The notes: generated from the sequence alone by a model not told the origin. A DNA stretch of 62,644 nt, filler included, from Squatina squatina (GCA_031763465.1; 3 parts of 3 records of this genome joined end to end with filler, not necessarily neighbours in it); one strand, 5' to 3'; shown: positions 1 to 12,157, counted from the whole stretch's first letter. A program made the numbers and translations.

Positions 1-79
1 TCCGATGCACTCAGGAGGGCAGGCATCACTGCTGCCCTGTAGATTTTGAGCTTGGTGCCGGGTTTGAGGTCTTTTTCTT

Positions 80-545
80 CAAACACTCTCGACCAGGAGA
101 CCCAGGAGCTGCTAAATTGCAAGCGCAAGGCTTTCCTGAACTGGAAGCACCACCGAAGCTTGAGGGAAAGAAAACAGCTCTGCAGACAAATGAGGGCCGG
201 GGTCCAACATAAAACTTGGGACCTAAAGAATAGGTGGTGGGTTGAAAGAGTGCAGGAGATCCAACAACTCACCNNNNNNNNNNGCCAAGACCATCAAGGG
301 CCCAAACACCCAAGGACCTACCCCGCTGAGAGCTAAGAACGGAGACGTGCTCATTAAGGACAGAGAGGCAGTCACCGCCCGCTAGAAGGAGCACTTTGAG
401 GAACTCCTCAACCAAGCCTCGGTCTTCGACAATCGAGCTCTCGATTCCATCCCACAACATCCTACCCACCACCACCTCAGCACAACCCCTGACCTACATG
501 AGGTCGTAAAGGCCATCGGGCAGCTGAATAACAACAAGGCCTCCG
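80..545 (+). mobile_element. RTE-clade LINE ORF fragment (region between endonuclease and RT), degraded
   Basis: Translates to LKNRWWVERVQEIQ...PLRAKNGDVLIKDREAVTAR*KEHFEELLN...EVVKAIGQLNNNKASG, typical RTE motifs, with an internal stop. Confidence 0.8.
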
Positions 546-645
546 NNNNNNNNNNNNNNNNNNNNNNNNNNNNNNNNNNNNNNNNNNNNNNNNNNNNNNN
601 NNNNNNNNNNNNNNNNNNNNNNNNNNNNNNNNNNNNNNNNNNNNN

Positions 646-990
646 GCAGGATATTTCAGATGAATATGTGGCTAGAGGAATGGTGCAAGGGGGAGGGATT
701 CAAATTCCTGGGACATTGGAACTGGATCTGGGGGAGGTGGGACCAGTACAAACTGGACAGTCTGCAGGACCGGGACTGATGTCCTAGAGGGAGTGTTTGC
801 TAGTGTTGTTGGGGAGGGTTTAAACTAAAATGGCAGGGGTTTGGGAACCTGTGCAGGGAGACAGAGGAAAGGGAAACAAAGGTAGAAGCAAAAGATAGGA
901 TGGAGAAAAGCAAAAGTGGAAGGCAGAGAAATCAAGGGCAAAAATCAAACAGAGCCACAGTACAAAATAATTCTAAAAGGACTAACAGTG
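646..990 (+). mobile_element. CR1 LINE ORF1 (SGNH esterase-like) C-terminal fragment
   Basis: MNMWLEEWCKGEGFKFLGHW..WGRWDQYKLD...VVGEGLN* matches the end of CR1 ORF1. Confidence 0.75.
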
Positions 991-1929
991 CCAGATTGTA
1001 AATCTTTGCAAATTCCAGCTCTTAAAATGGGGGAAAGAGAAACATGTATTTCCCAATTGTCTTTACAATCTCCTTAATCAGATTCAAGCCCCAAGCAGCC
1101 GACAGACAGCAAAATGATCTGGGCAGAAGATGACGTGCCTGAGGGGTCAGAGTTTGAAGATATCTGGGATCCAAGACAACAGCCTGAGTAAGTGACAAAG
1201 GCATTTAAGCTGTGGATTTCTTTGTGATACAGAGGACGCAATATGCCCGATATCACGCATGCTATTCAATCAATATTAGCACCCAGAATTCCAAGCATTC
1301 CTGACATTCATCTATCTACTATAACCAGTTTATTTAACATGGATCGGCATTTCCATATCTTAATATCCTAAAGTCTTTTCTCATTTCCTAATACAACCTC
1401 CCGAAATTATAGAAAAACCCTAACCCCATTATCCTAAAATGTTCTCCCGTATTCCTTGCTCTCTCCCGATATATTCTATCACTATTTCAGACATTTTTCC
1501 AGTGCCTTTTTGTATGCTGTCATGGATTTAGCATCAGCACAGGTTACAGTATTCCCCGTGCCTGTTAACTCTTTGCATGAGAGGTGTCGTCTAATATGTC
1601 GAGCTTGTGTCTTCGATGACCAGGATTACCTTCGCTCAGACAGCCGTGTGGACTGAAAGAATGAACCCTATATTTTGACTGTGCTCTTGGTTTTCGTGCA
1701 TGTCAGTGTTTGTGTGAGTTACTGGTTCCTGTTGTCTTTAGGTATGAGATTTTGTTCAAACAGCAAGTTGGCACAGAGGATGTGTTTCTGGGGATGAGCA
1801 GAAAGGATGCATCCACAGCCTGCTGTGAAGACATGGTGGTGAGCATCTATCACCATTATTGCTGGGACATTGATGTTCGTTTCACTAACAGATTAGAATG
1901 GTTCGGCAATAGTGTCCCTGTTTGTCACC

Positions 1930-2462
1930 ATGGCCGGAATTTCCCGGTCTGTCATCGTAACTTCACCACAAGTGTGGCGGAAACTGCAATCATGCGATAA
2001 ATGAGTACGGCAAAGTTAATGGTGGTAAGGAGAGCGCGGGAGCTCCTCCCTCTTCCTCCATTCTTCAGCCTTGCAAAATCCAAGCTTGGCATTACCGAAA
2101 TTACACCATTCCCGGTGGCGTCATGGACTATAGACCTTGTGGTATCTCAGTAAACCATCTCTCTACTGACCAGGGCAATGCCATCAAATTCTATCTATCA
2201 CCTAGCCCACTGCATGTCATGCAACGGAGCCAGCCTCACTACTCACATGGATTTGAGAAACTGTTCTTGAATAATCCAGAGAGTTGACCTCCTTCCCCTG
2301 TCACTCCATTGTTTGGGTCTGTTCTTGCGGTGAATTTGCCAGTCAGCTGCTCCGGCTGCTGTAGGACAGGTGGATGAACACTTCGCCTGGTGCAGTACGA
2401 GCAAAACAGACGAGAAGGGCGGAAGCTCAGTTTTCAGCTGGGTCTGCGGTGGGGATGCTACA
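1930..2462. mobile_element. Possible non-autonomous DNA transposon (Harbinger-like) remnant
   Basis: Starts with GGCCGGAATTTCC, resembling the terminal motif of other putative MITEs in the window; CpG-richer than flanks. Confidence 0.3.
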
Positions 2463-2562
2463 NNNNNNNNNNNNNNNNNNNNNNNNNNNNNNNNNNNNNN
2501 NNNNNNNNNNNNNNNNNNNNNNNNNNNNNNNNNNNNNNNNNNNNNNNNNNNNNNNNNNNNNN

Positions 2563-2870
2563 ATTGACCCCTGGGTTAGAGAGAGAGGAAATCAGCCAGG
2601 GTTCCTGCTCCTGATCCCTGCCCAGTGACTCCTGGGTTAGAGAGAGGGGAAATAACCCAGTGTTCCTGCTCCTGATCACTGTCCAGTGACCCCTGAGGGA
2701 AATCAGCCAGGGTTCCTGCTCCTGATCACTGCCCAGTGACCACTGGGCTAGAGAGAAAGTAATTCAGGCAGGGTTCCTGCTTCTGATCACTGTCCCGTGA
2801 CCCCTGGGTTAGAGAGAGGGGAAATCAGTCAGGGTTCCTGCTCCTGATCACTGTCCCGTGACCCCTGCTG
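2563..2870 (+). repeat. Tandem array, 5 copies of a 50-61 bp unit, inside an AmnSINE2-like element
   Basis: Unit GACCCCTGGGTTAGAGAGAGGGGAAATCAGCCAGGGTTCCTGCTCCTGATCACTGTCCAGT, continuing into GACCCCTGCTGGAAG; a diverged single-copy relative lies at ~42880-43160. Confidence 0.85.
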
Positions 2871-3226
2871 GAAGTTGTGTAGAGACAGCACTGTAGGATC
2901 GGCCTTGGCTGGGTTTTCCTCCGCCTTCATTGATTAGCCTTCAAGATGATAACTATGCCCAGGTGTCAAGGCTGAGCAGTGCCCCTGGAATCACAGCTCA
3001 AAGAGATGGGTGAAAAATAACCAACGCACTGCACTCGAGGTGTGAATACCATTTAGTTCGGGATAGATCGCTCTCAGTGCCTTTTTATTGGTCATTTTGT
3101 GTTTCTTGACATTGTCATGGTGATATTTCACAAGCAAGGACAAGTTTGGTGAGGCCTCCAAATCTCTCGTGGTTCAGCTGCCCCAGAATACAGAGCGAAG
3201 CAGAGTTGTGTCTGCCGACAGTCTTC

Positions 3227-3783
3227 TCACTGCTTCTCACTGTCACTTTTAGTTGCCTCCGTCTCATTGGCACTGTCTGAACCAGCAGATACAGAGCCCT
3301 TATCAAGCTGCCTGACTTTCTTTTCAATGCTTGTGATTCTTTGTTTTAATTTCTGTTGTGTTGAGTTGTACTCATTTAAAAGTCTTGCGAACCGTGTCTG
3401 TAAGGTGTCGAGGTTTGATTCAAGTCTCTCGGCCTTTTCCTCCATGGCCTTTTCTCCAATTACCACTTTCACACGCTCTTCACCCAGCAGTCCTTCTTTT
3501 ATTAAAATCTCCTTGCCTCGCTCTTCGAGAACTTTCTTGGCATCCGGAAACTCAATCAAGGCTTCCATTAAGTCATCTTTGGACAGACGGAAGAGCTCCG
3601 AGTATCCAATGCTCCGAATATTTGCTGTCCTTCTGTTGCCCATCTTACTTCCCTTAATGTTCAAGATACTGATCTCCCCGAAGTAGCTGCCTGCACTCAG
3701 GATGACAGACTGAGTCAGCCCATCAGCAGTCTCCACTGCCAGCTTCCCCTCCTTGATGATGTACATTTCTTTCCCGATATCTC
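3227..3783 (-). CDS. CNGA2: Cyclic nucleotide-gated channel alpha 2, terminal exon (CNBD, C-helix, leucine zipper); 5' part lost in gap
   Basis: [16 protein letters not shown]...[24 protein letters not shown]...LIKEGLL...QQKLKQRIT; GSKMGN and C-helix Glu (KEGLL) are CNGA2-type; open to TGA at 3227. Confidence 0.85.
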
Positions 3784-4043
3784 NNNNNNNNNNNNNNNNN
3801 NNNNNNNNNNNNNNNNNNNNNNNNNNNNNNNNNNNNNNNNNNNNNNNNNNNNNNNNNNNNNNNNNNNNNNNNNNNNNNNNNNNGCTGACTTTTTTCACCT
3901 CACTAGCTCAGGGCCATTGGGGCCAATCATAACTGCTGGATATTTTTGGAGCACTCCTTGTGTGAAATGAGATTGGTATGAATTTGGTTTGGGTGGTTTC
4001 CCTGATTTGAAGCAGATTTGACTGTTGTCCACTCCCTTTGCAG

Positions 4044-4188
4044 TGCTCCTCCAGTTATGTCATATGCTCAGCTGGAGAGTCTCATCAACAAGTGGAGTGT
4101 GGAGCTGGAGGATCAAGAGAAACAATTCCTGCACCAGGCCACACAGGTCAACGCCTGGGACCGGATGCTCATCGAAAATGGAGAGAAG
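4044..4188 (+). CDS. NUP62: Nucleoporin 62, internal exon (start of coiled-coil region)
   Basis: tttgcag|...APPVMSYAQLESLINKWSVELEDQEKQFLHQATQVNAWDRMLIENGEK|gtgggc. Confidence 0.93.
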
Positions 4189-4783
4189 GTGGGCCAAGTG
4201 CAGGCTATCCAATTGTAGAAAACAGAATTGATATCGAATGGTTCAGATTTGTCCAGAGGGACACTATCTTTTTAACATGTTTATTTCTCTCTCTCCCACC
4301 TTCCCCCCCACCACCCAATTTCTTAATTGATTGAAGTGAAAATTGGCTGGGCTTTAAGGTTAATGAATAGGTAGCTGTCCTACGATAGCGTCCTGTCCCT
4401 CCATTGTGAAGCATCTTGTTTGGGTTTGTCCTTGTATTCAAGGTGAAGAATGCCAGAACACATTCCCATTTCAGTTAGCCAGTGCCGTGGCCAGATGCTG
4501 AGTAGAGTCCAGTCCACAATGCACCAATGTAGCTCAGCCTCCACTTCAGATTATTTTCTGAAAATACATCCGAATACAAGGATGAGGTCCTGTCTCAGTG
4601 CTGGATTAGAGAAATGAGCTTGCTAAAGATCCACCTTACAGGTCGCTCCAACAGGGCCTTTATAACAGCACATGAATCTTACNNNNNNNNNNNNNNNNNN
4701 NNNNNNNNNNNNNNNNNNNNNNNNNNNNNNNNNNNNNNNNNNNNNNNNNNNNNNNNNNNNNNNNNNNNNNNNNNNNNNNNNNG

Positions 4784-4870
4784 CTGCAGAAGAAAGTGGA
4801 GGATGTCTCAAAACAATTTGAAGTGCGAAGGAAGGAGCAGGAGAGGAACTGCAGAATTACTTTTGACTGA
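4784..4870 (+). CDS. NUP62: Nucleoporin 62, terminal exon (partial)
   Basis: LQKKVEDVSKQFEVRRKEQERNCRITFD* matches the NUP62 C-terminus (RRKEQERSFRITFD); not in the ORF track. Confidence 0.9.
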   Translation: MQKKVEDVSKQFEVRRKEQERNCRITFD

Positions 4871-4928
4871 ATCCTGCCAGTATTTAACTTGCACCATGAA
4901 GCTGTATCTTCCTTTTATCAGTTTTTTC

Positions 4929-4934
4929 AATAAA
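4929..4934 (+). terminator. Probable NUP62 polyadenylation signal
   Basis: AATAAA 58 nt after the NUP62 stop. Confidence 0.6.
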
Positions 4935-5667
4935 GAATCCCATTAGCACTCAACAGGAGACTCAGTGTGAAGGTTTGATGCCAAGTCTGGGTTTCAAAAC
5001 TCTTAGCGAGTCGGAAGGGACGAGCGTGGCTGTGAGATTCTGCAAGGAAATGTTAGTGTGGGAGATTGAGCTGAAATCAAGTGGGTCGGGGGACGGAGTG
5101 GCGCGAGGGGCCCGGGTGGTGAGGGGGGATAGTACGGTGTGGGGTGACGGTGTGGCGCAAGGAGCAGCAGTGTGAGACAGGGACCCCCGCTGGGGTGTGG
5201 CCGGGGGGAGGGTGCGGTGTGGGGGTTTTTGAAGGGATCATGGGCCAGAGGAGAAGCATGGGTGTGGGGGCTATCACTTCCCTTGGAGTGCTAAAGCCAG
5301 CATGAGGGGCAGTAGCGGTGCAGTACTGCACAATGTTCAGTGCAGCGCTGCCGGGNNNNNNNNNNNNNNNNNNNNNNNNNNNNNNNNNNNNNNNNNNNNN
5401 NNNNNNNNNNNNNNNNNNNNNNNNNNNNNNNNNNNNNNNNNNNNNNNNNNNNNNNATAATAATGGTTGTGAAAGGGGTGAAGACAACATCAGCGGTTAAG
5501 GAGAGATTGACAATGCTGACACCGAGAGCACTGATGCTTCTCTGGAAAGATGTGAATAGTGCCTGAAATGAGAGGCTGAGAGACTTAAGATGTATTAATC
5601 AAACTGGAGCAGATGTCGATCGATGAACAATACAGGACACAGTCCAAAAATCAGCTTCCAAACTCAC

Positions 5668-5805
5668 CGGTTGCAAAAGCTACTTCCTTTGACACCAAGC
5701 TCAGCTCAACGATAGTGAACTGAGGCAGTTCAAGGTTGTCTACCCCAGTCACTGCTGAATCTCCACCTTTCCAGTAAAACACAATGTCATCTGTTGTGTA
5801 GCCAT
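5668..5805 (-). CDS. GABRB4: GABA-A receptor beta subunit exon (138 nt), beta4 type (GABRQ lineage)
   Basis: tgcag|(Y)[46 protein letters not shown]|gtgagt; DDIVF and ELPQFTI resemble beta4; oriented opposite to the neighbouring alpha3 exon. Confidence 0.8.
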
Positions 5806-6218
5806 CTGCAAAGGGAGAGAGAAAAGGGTCAAAGGAATCTGTTACTTGTTGAAAACGGTCCATTCAGACCAGTACAGAAGAGATTAAGAAAATATCACAG
5901 GCAGAGGCAACATTTATTCCAAGGAACTTTATCCCTGGTGCCCTAAACAGCATCGATCACGTAATTAATTCACATCACCATGGATGAAGTGTCAAACAGG
6001 ATGAATAAGCTCATGCAAAAGCTTCCATGACGCAAGGCCAGATTACTGAGCAGTGGGGTTATTCAAACCATTTCCACCCACAAGGCAGCCTGACCTGTGC
6101 CAAACTAAGCCAAACTTAAGTGACACACATAGAAAGACCAGTGAAGACAACAGTTAGGAGGATAGCAACAGGCTTCAGGAGGAGACAGAGAGACTGGTGA
6201 AATAAACAGTGAGGAGGA

Positions 6219-6304
6219 TACATAGAAACATAGAAACATAGAAAAATAGGTGCAGGAGTAGGCCATTTGGCCCTTCGAGCCTGCACCGCCATTCAGTATG
6301 ATCA
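6219..6304 (-). mobile_element. CR1/HER1-type LINE 3' tail
   Basis: (CATAGAAA)n followed by GCAGGAGTAGGCCATTTGGCCCTTCGAGCC; related tails at 19503-19600, 32460-32517, 52030-52135 and 57107-57225. Confidence 0.8.
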
Positions 6305-6404
6305 NNNNNNNNNNNNNNNNNNNNNNNNNNNNNNNNNNNNNNNNNNNNNNNNNNNNNNNNNNNNNNNNNNNNNNNNNNNNNNNNNNNNNNNNNNNNNNNN
6401 NNNN

Positions 6405-6552
6405 TTGCTGTTTGTGGGAGCTTGCTGTGTGCAAATTGGCTGCTGTGTTTCCTTCATTACAACAGTGACGACACTTCAGAAGTACTGAATTGTCTGTAAA
6501 GTGCTTTGGGACGTCCAGTGGTTATGAAAGGCGCTATATTAATTCAAGTCTA
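6405..6552 (+). mobile_element. DeuSINE-like SINE 3' part
   Basis: TTGCTGTTTGTGGGAGCTTGCTGTGTGCAAATTGGCTG...GAAAGGCGCTATAT; the same sequence recurs five times in the window. Confidence 0.75.
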
Positions 6553-6589
6553 TCTTCTTTCTTTATTTAGAAAATACTCTGGGGATGAT

Positions 6590-7420
6590 GTTACACTTTC
6601 CCCACATTGAACTCCATTTGCTGCAGTTTTTCCCCATTCATTTAATCTATCAATATACTGTTGCAACCTCCTGCTCCCATGTGCGCTATTTACTGTGCTA
6701 CCTAACTTAGCGCCGTCAGCAAATATAGACATACACTCTCTATTCCTTCATCTGTGTCATTTATAAATATAGTGAAAAGCTGTGAGCCCAGTATAAATCC
6801 CTGGGGCACACCACTAGTCACATCCTGCCAACTGGAGTACACGTTCATTATCCCTACTCCCGATCTCCTCCTTCCAAACCAGTTCCTGATCCAAGCTGAT
6901 TGGTTGCCTCTAATTCCATGCGCTCACATTTGTGTTAACAGTTTCTTCTGTGGAAACTTGGTGAATGTCTCTGGAAGTCCATATCAATAACATCCAGAGA
7001 CACTTCCTTATCTCCAACGTTCATTACCTCCTCAAAAAAATAATCAACTCGATTTGTTAGACAAAACTTAACCCTTTACAATTCCACACTGGTTCTCTCT
7101 GATCGGCTCATATTTGTTCAAATGCTCAGTCACACAGTCGCCAATAACAGATTCTAGTAACTTCCCACAACTGACATTAGACTAATAGGTTTATAATTTC
7201 CTAGTTTATCTCTCCTACCATTCTTAGATAATGGAGCGACAGTGCCAATTTTCCAATCTAAGGGGATAATTGCTGAATCAAGAGAGTTTTGGAAGATCAT
7301 GACGAAAACATCTACAATTTCCTCAGCTACATCTTTTAATACCCTGGCTGGAAACCATCAGGTCCTGGAGATCTGTCTATCTTTAGTCTCATTATTTCCT
7401 CCAATACGATTTACTGACAT
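6590..7420 (-). mobile_element. CR1 LINE ORF2 RT fragment, degraded
   Basis: SGVPQG-like motif and FADGAKLG...LQQYIDRLNEW, with many stops. Confidence 0.75.
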
Positions 7421-7589
7421 TAGATGGTGAGATTGGTTGTCCATTAGAGCAGGGCAACAGCATTATTCGCTCAGACCTACAAAGTCATCTTGAGTTTACT
7501 TCAGAACTTTATCAAATATGATCACTTGAATCATTTGCATTTCAACATTTGTAAAGTTCCATGACTAAAACTTATCTATCTCTTCACCC

Positions 7590-8590
7590 CTCCAGGGCCA
7601 TCATGTGAAGAACAGGAGCCCCTACCCAGAGGAGCTCATTCCCGCTGAAGGACACTGTCACAGGAGACAGGCGTTGCCGGCCCAGTGCAGATATTAGCAC
7701 ATAGGTAGGGCCTGTCAGACAGTTAGATGGATTGTCACCTGGTGATTGGCATGGCAAAAGTGAGCATGAGCAGAGAATGGTGGCAGCAACAGCTGTGGAG
7801 AATCTGGGTTGGGGACTGCCATCTGCTCCAAGCTCCGCTCAGGTGCACAGAGATGCTCAACCCAGGGGGCAATCAACCAGGAGAATGCTAAAGGCTCATT
7901 AGCAACTGTGCAAGGTACTGACAGTCCTGCCAGGCACACTCTCCACAATGGCAGAGAGACTGGAGGAGTCCAGCTCGACCATTTGTGGAGAGATGTCACA
8001 GGATTTTGCCACCATGCTCTATGGTTTCAGTGAGCATTTGGCCGCCTCTATGGAATTTGCATCAGGGCCCACAAATGAGACCCTGCAGGCCCAGATAGCA
8101 GTCTCTGGCTGCCAATATTTCTAACAGTATGGACAAGCTGGCAAATAGAATACACATCACCTTCCAAGGAGTCAATGATCTCCTCCAAGCTGTACTCTTG
8201 TAGGAGTGATGTGCCGAGGGGAGGGTGGATGGTGAGAATGGAGAGGCAAGTGTAGATGTTTCTCAAAACATCAGCATGTCTCACCCGCTACCCACCTCAA
8301 CCATTGCCGAACATGCTGTTTCCTCTCCTGGTGGCCTAGTCTGCTCCTGCACAAGTGCAGGAGGAGCAGTCTTTGGTGGAGCCCTCATGGGCCTTAAAAT
8401 CCACAGCACATCCGCTAAAAGTGTTTAAGCAGTCAGAGCAGGGAAGTGAGCAACCTGCCTCTACCTCTGCTGAAGCCACAGTGGGTGCGCCTCGTAGAAG
8501 TGTAGAAAAAGGGCATCAGTGTAGATGCATAAGCGGATGCAATTGAGTGTTAGAAAATGTCAGAGGGTTACGTTTCTGTTGAAGTTATGA
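7590..8590 (+). mobile_element. Probable degraded Harbinger-type element (accessory gene 3' exons)
   Basis: Broken low-complexity coding-like sequence after an acceptor-like site; family assignment is from recollection only. Confidence 0.3.
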
Positions 8591-8691
8591 TNNNNNNNNN
8601 NNNNNNNNNNNNNNNNNNNNNNNNNNNNNNNNNNNNNNNNNNNNNNNNNNNNNNNNNNNNNNNNNNNNNNNNNNNNNNNNNNNNNNNNNNN

Positions 8692-10081
8692 CCTCCCTCT
8701 CCTCCCCTAAAGGTGCGGTATTCGGTTCTACAATCACTGGTTCCTCCTCCGCTTAAGGTTTTGACTCTGGCTGGGTTCAGTCCGACACTTGCTTGATACT
8801 TCCTCTCTCCTCCCCTGAAAGTGCTGACTCTGGTTGAGTTCAGTTCTACACTCACTGGTTCCCCTCCCTCTCCTCCCCTGAAGGTGCTGATTGTGGCTGG
8901 GTTCAGTTCTCGGGCACTTGTTCCCTTCCCTCTCCTCCTCTGAAGATGTAGTATTCGGTTCTACACTCACTGGTTCATCCCCTCTCCTCCGCTGAAGGTT
9001 TTGACTCTGGCTAGGTTCAGTTCTACACTAACTGGTTCCCCTCTCTCTCCTCCCCTGAAAGTGCAGATTCTGGCTAGGTTTAGTTCTACATTCACTGGTT
9101 TCCCTCTCTCTCTCCCTCTCTGTCTCCCTCTCAGCTCCATCTGTTGGGTTAAGTTCTACACTGACTAATTCCCCTCCCATTTCTCCCCTGAAGGTGCAGT
9201 ATTTGGTTCTACACTCACTGGTTCGTCCCCCTCTCCTCCCCTGAAAGTGCTGTCTCTGGTTGAGTTCAGTTCTGCACTCACTCGTTCCCCTCTCTATCTT
9301 CCCCGAAGGAGCTGACTCTGGCTGGGCGCAGTTCTATACTGACTGGTTCCTTTCCCTTTCCTCCCCTGAAAGTGCTGGCTCTGGTTGGGTTCAGTTCCTC
9401 ACTCAGTTGATACTTCCTCTCTCCTCCCCTGAAAGTGCTGACTCTGGTTGAGTTCAGTTGTACACTCACAGGTTCCCCTCCCTCTTCTCTCCTGAAGGTG
9501 CTGACTCTGGCTGTGCTTAGTTCTATACTCGCTGGTTTCCCTCTCTCTCTCTTTCTGCCTCTCTCCTCCCCTGAAGGTGCTACATCTGTTGGGTTCAGTT
9601 CTAAATTCACTGGATCCCCTTCCTCTCCTCCCTGAAGGTGCTGTATTCGGTTCTGCACTCACTGGAACCTCCGCTGAAGGTTTTGACTCTGGTTGGGTTC
9701 AGTACGACACGCACTTGATACTTCCCCCCTCCTCGCCTGAAAGTGCTGAGTCTGGTTGAGTTCAGTTTTACACTCACTAGTTCCCCTCCCTCTCTCCTCC
9801 CCTGAAGGTGCTGAGTTCAATTCTACACTCACTGGTTCCCCTCCCTCTCTCCTTCCCTAAAGGTGCTAACCTGGCTGGGTTCAGTCCTGCACTCACTCAT
9901 TCCCCTCTCTCTACTTCCCTGTAGGTGCGGACTCTCGCAGGGTTCATTTCTACACTCACTGGTTCCCCTCCCTCTCCTCCCCTTAAGGTGTGTTATTCGG
10001 TTCCACATTCACTCGTTCGTCCCCCTCTCCTCCCCTGAATGTGCTGTCTCTGGTTCAGTTCAGTTGTGCACTCACTCGTTC
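8692..10081. repeat. Minisatellite, ~55-63 bp unit, ~23 diverged copies
   Basis: Unit CCCCTGAAGGTGCTGACTCTGGCTGGGTTCAGTTCTACACTCACTGGTTCCCCTCCCTCTCCT. Confidence 0.9.
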
Positions 10082-10181
10082 NNNNNNNNNNNNNNNNNNN
10101 NNNNNNNNNNNNNNNNNNNNNNNNNNNNNNNNNNNNNNNNNNNNNNNNNNNNNNNNNNNNNNNNNNNNNNNNNNNNNNNNN

Positions 10182-10385
10182 CCAGCAATGCATCCACTAT
10201 TTCTCGGGCTTCTTCCTTAAGTACTCTGGGGTACAGACTATCGGGCCCTGGGGATTTATCAACCTTCAATCCCATCAATTTCCTTAACACCATCTCCCTA
10301 CTAATACTGATTTCCTTCAGTTCCTCCCTCTCACTAGACCCTAGGTTCCACAACGTATCTGGGAGGTTATTTGTGTCCTCCTTTG
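10182..10385 (-). mobile_element. CR1 LINE ORF2 fragment
   Basis: EMVLRKLMGLKVDKSPGPDSLYPRVLKEEAREIVDAL. Confidence 0.85.
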
Positions 10386-11809
10386 ACATGTATTACACCA
10401 AGGTCCCATCCTCCATGGCAACATAGTCTGAAATCCCAAAACTATACAAGATCTGGCATTTTGTGTGCATGCGGGAGGGGTCTTACATTTTGATGTATGG
10501 GACTTACATGTGGCCCATTCATTGGTTTCGGCTCGTAACGGTTGGACCTACAGGACAACTTTAATCTACGTTTAAAATGTGGAGCTCCAGCCCCCAAAAT
10601 ACCTGTAATTAGGCAGCTCACAACACCATGGATATGTGAGGATTTCACTGTTCTGAGTGGAATTATTATTTTAACTGCCCTATCAATGAATTGAAACATG
10701 ACAAAAGAAAAGGCTTTTTATTTTGTATCAACTGTACAGAAATGAAGACCTTTACAAGTCATTTTAACAATATACTGTATGTGCATCTCATTTTCTGTAA
10801 AATACTGCCTAAAAGCTCATTGTGTGACTATTGGTCACTGAATAAATTGAAAGTAAAGAGCTATACAAAAATACCATACGTGTACAGATCTAATTCCTTC
10901 GTCAATCATGGAAAATAAATAAGGTTAACATTATAGTAACAATATCCCACAAAACACTTGGTTTGCATATTTAGTGGTCACAGCTTTTAGAACACTGCCT
11001 GGTGACAGTGGAATTTTTATTTTTAACTGCACTGGCGAACGAGAATTAGCACCTTTGAGATGGAAAAGTAGTTGGGCCTGTGCAGTTTATTTAGGTTGGG
11101 AGTTGAGGTCTTAGGCAATAAAAAAGGGATGAGTGTATCAGAAATTACTCTGCTGCTCTTAAGGAAGATCTCTTTTCTGTTGTGTTCGCATACACAGCAA
11201 AAATGGTTCTCTGAAGAGTAACGGGCGTTAATAGCACTATGAAAGAAGTAGCCCTTTCTGTCAAGCAACAAGTGGTTGCGACTTACGTGGAACAAAATGT
11301 TCTGTTCTAAATAGTTGGATTTCTCTTGGACTGCTGTGTCTAATGGCAGTGCAATTGCATTTTCGGTCAAAGGCAAGAGGGACCAAAATCAGCTGCAGTA
11401 GACATTTTGTTCTGCCTTTGCTGTCTGAGAAAGAGTGAAATAAGAAAACACTTTTCATTTTATTTGCTTCCATGTTTGCCACCATCAATTTTAATTGTGC
11501 TCCTGAAATAATGACAGCCTTTCAAAATAGTTGGCGTGTTTTGTTAGCAGCCTTTTCTCTTTTTCCACACAGTAAAACTTTTAAATCAATNNNNNNNNNN
11601 NNNNNNNNNNNNNNNNNNNNNNNNNNNNNNNNNNNNNNNNNNNNNNNNNNNNNNNNNNNNNNNNNNNNNNNNNNNNNNNNNNNNNNNNNNGAGTCAGTTC
11701 ACAGCAGAAACATAACAGCACACAGTCCCTGTTCACAGCCCCCTGTTCACTGCTCACAGCCTCTCAGCTCACTGAACAAAGTCTCTCTCAGCCCCTGTTC
11801 ACTGCCGGC

Positions 11810-12157
11810 TTAACTGTTACTGCTGTGATCAGCCCAACCCAGCCGCAATCCAACTCTTGCGCCAGATTATATGAGCTGAGGCCCGTGTCCCCGCTGAAAA
11901 ACGCAGGCGTTGTCACCGCTCGATTTAGTGCACACTGACACTGTGCAATGCTGGATGGGCGCCCATTTTGGGCGGCGTGCACAATGATGATGTCACAGCG
12001 CCGTGTTTAGACTAACGCCAGCGCCTCGAGCGTTATAGATTTGGCGCCGGCGCAAACGGGACCCAAAATTTGCGGCTGCATTTTAGCGCCAAAAGTGGCT
12101 TAACACCAGTTTTGTGCCACTTTCACGCGAGAGGTTTCACCACGAATTGGCTGCCCC
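11810..12157. mobile_element. CpG-rich MITE-like remnant
   Basis: Repeated GGCGCC/CGCC motifs, ending in GAATTGGCTGCCC (terminal-repeat-like). Confidence 0.35.

Noticed and set aside
1624-1656. Possible tiny terminal exon ccag|DYLRSDSRVD*
   Set aside because: Too short, weak pyrimidine tract, and no recognisable homolog
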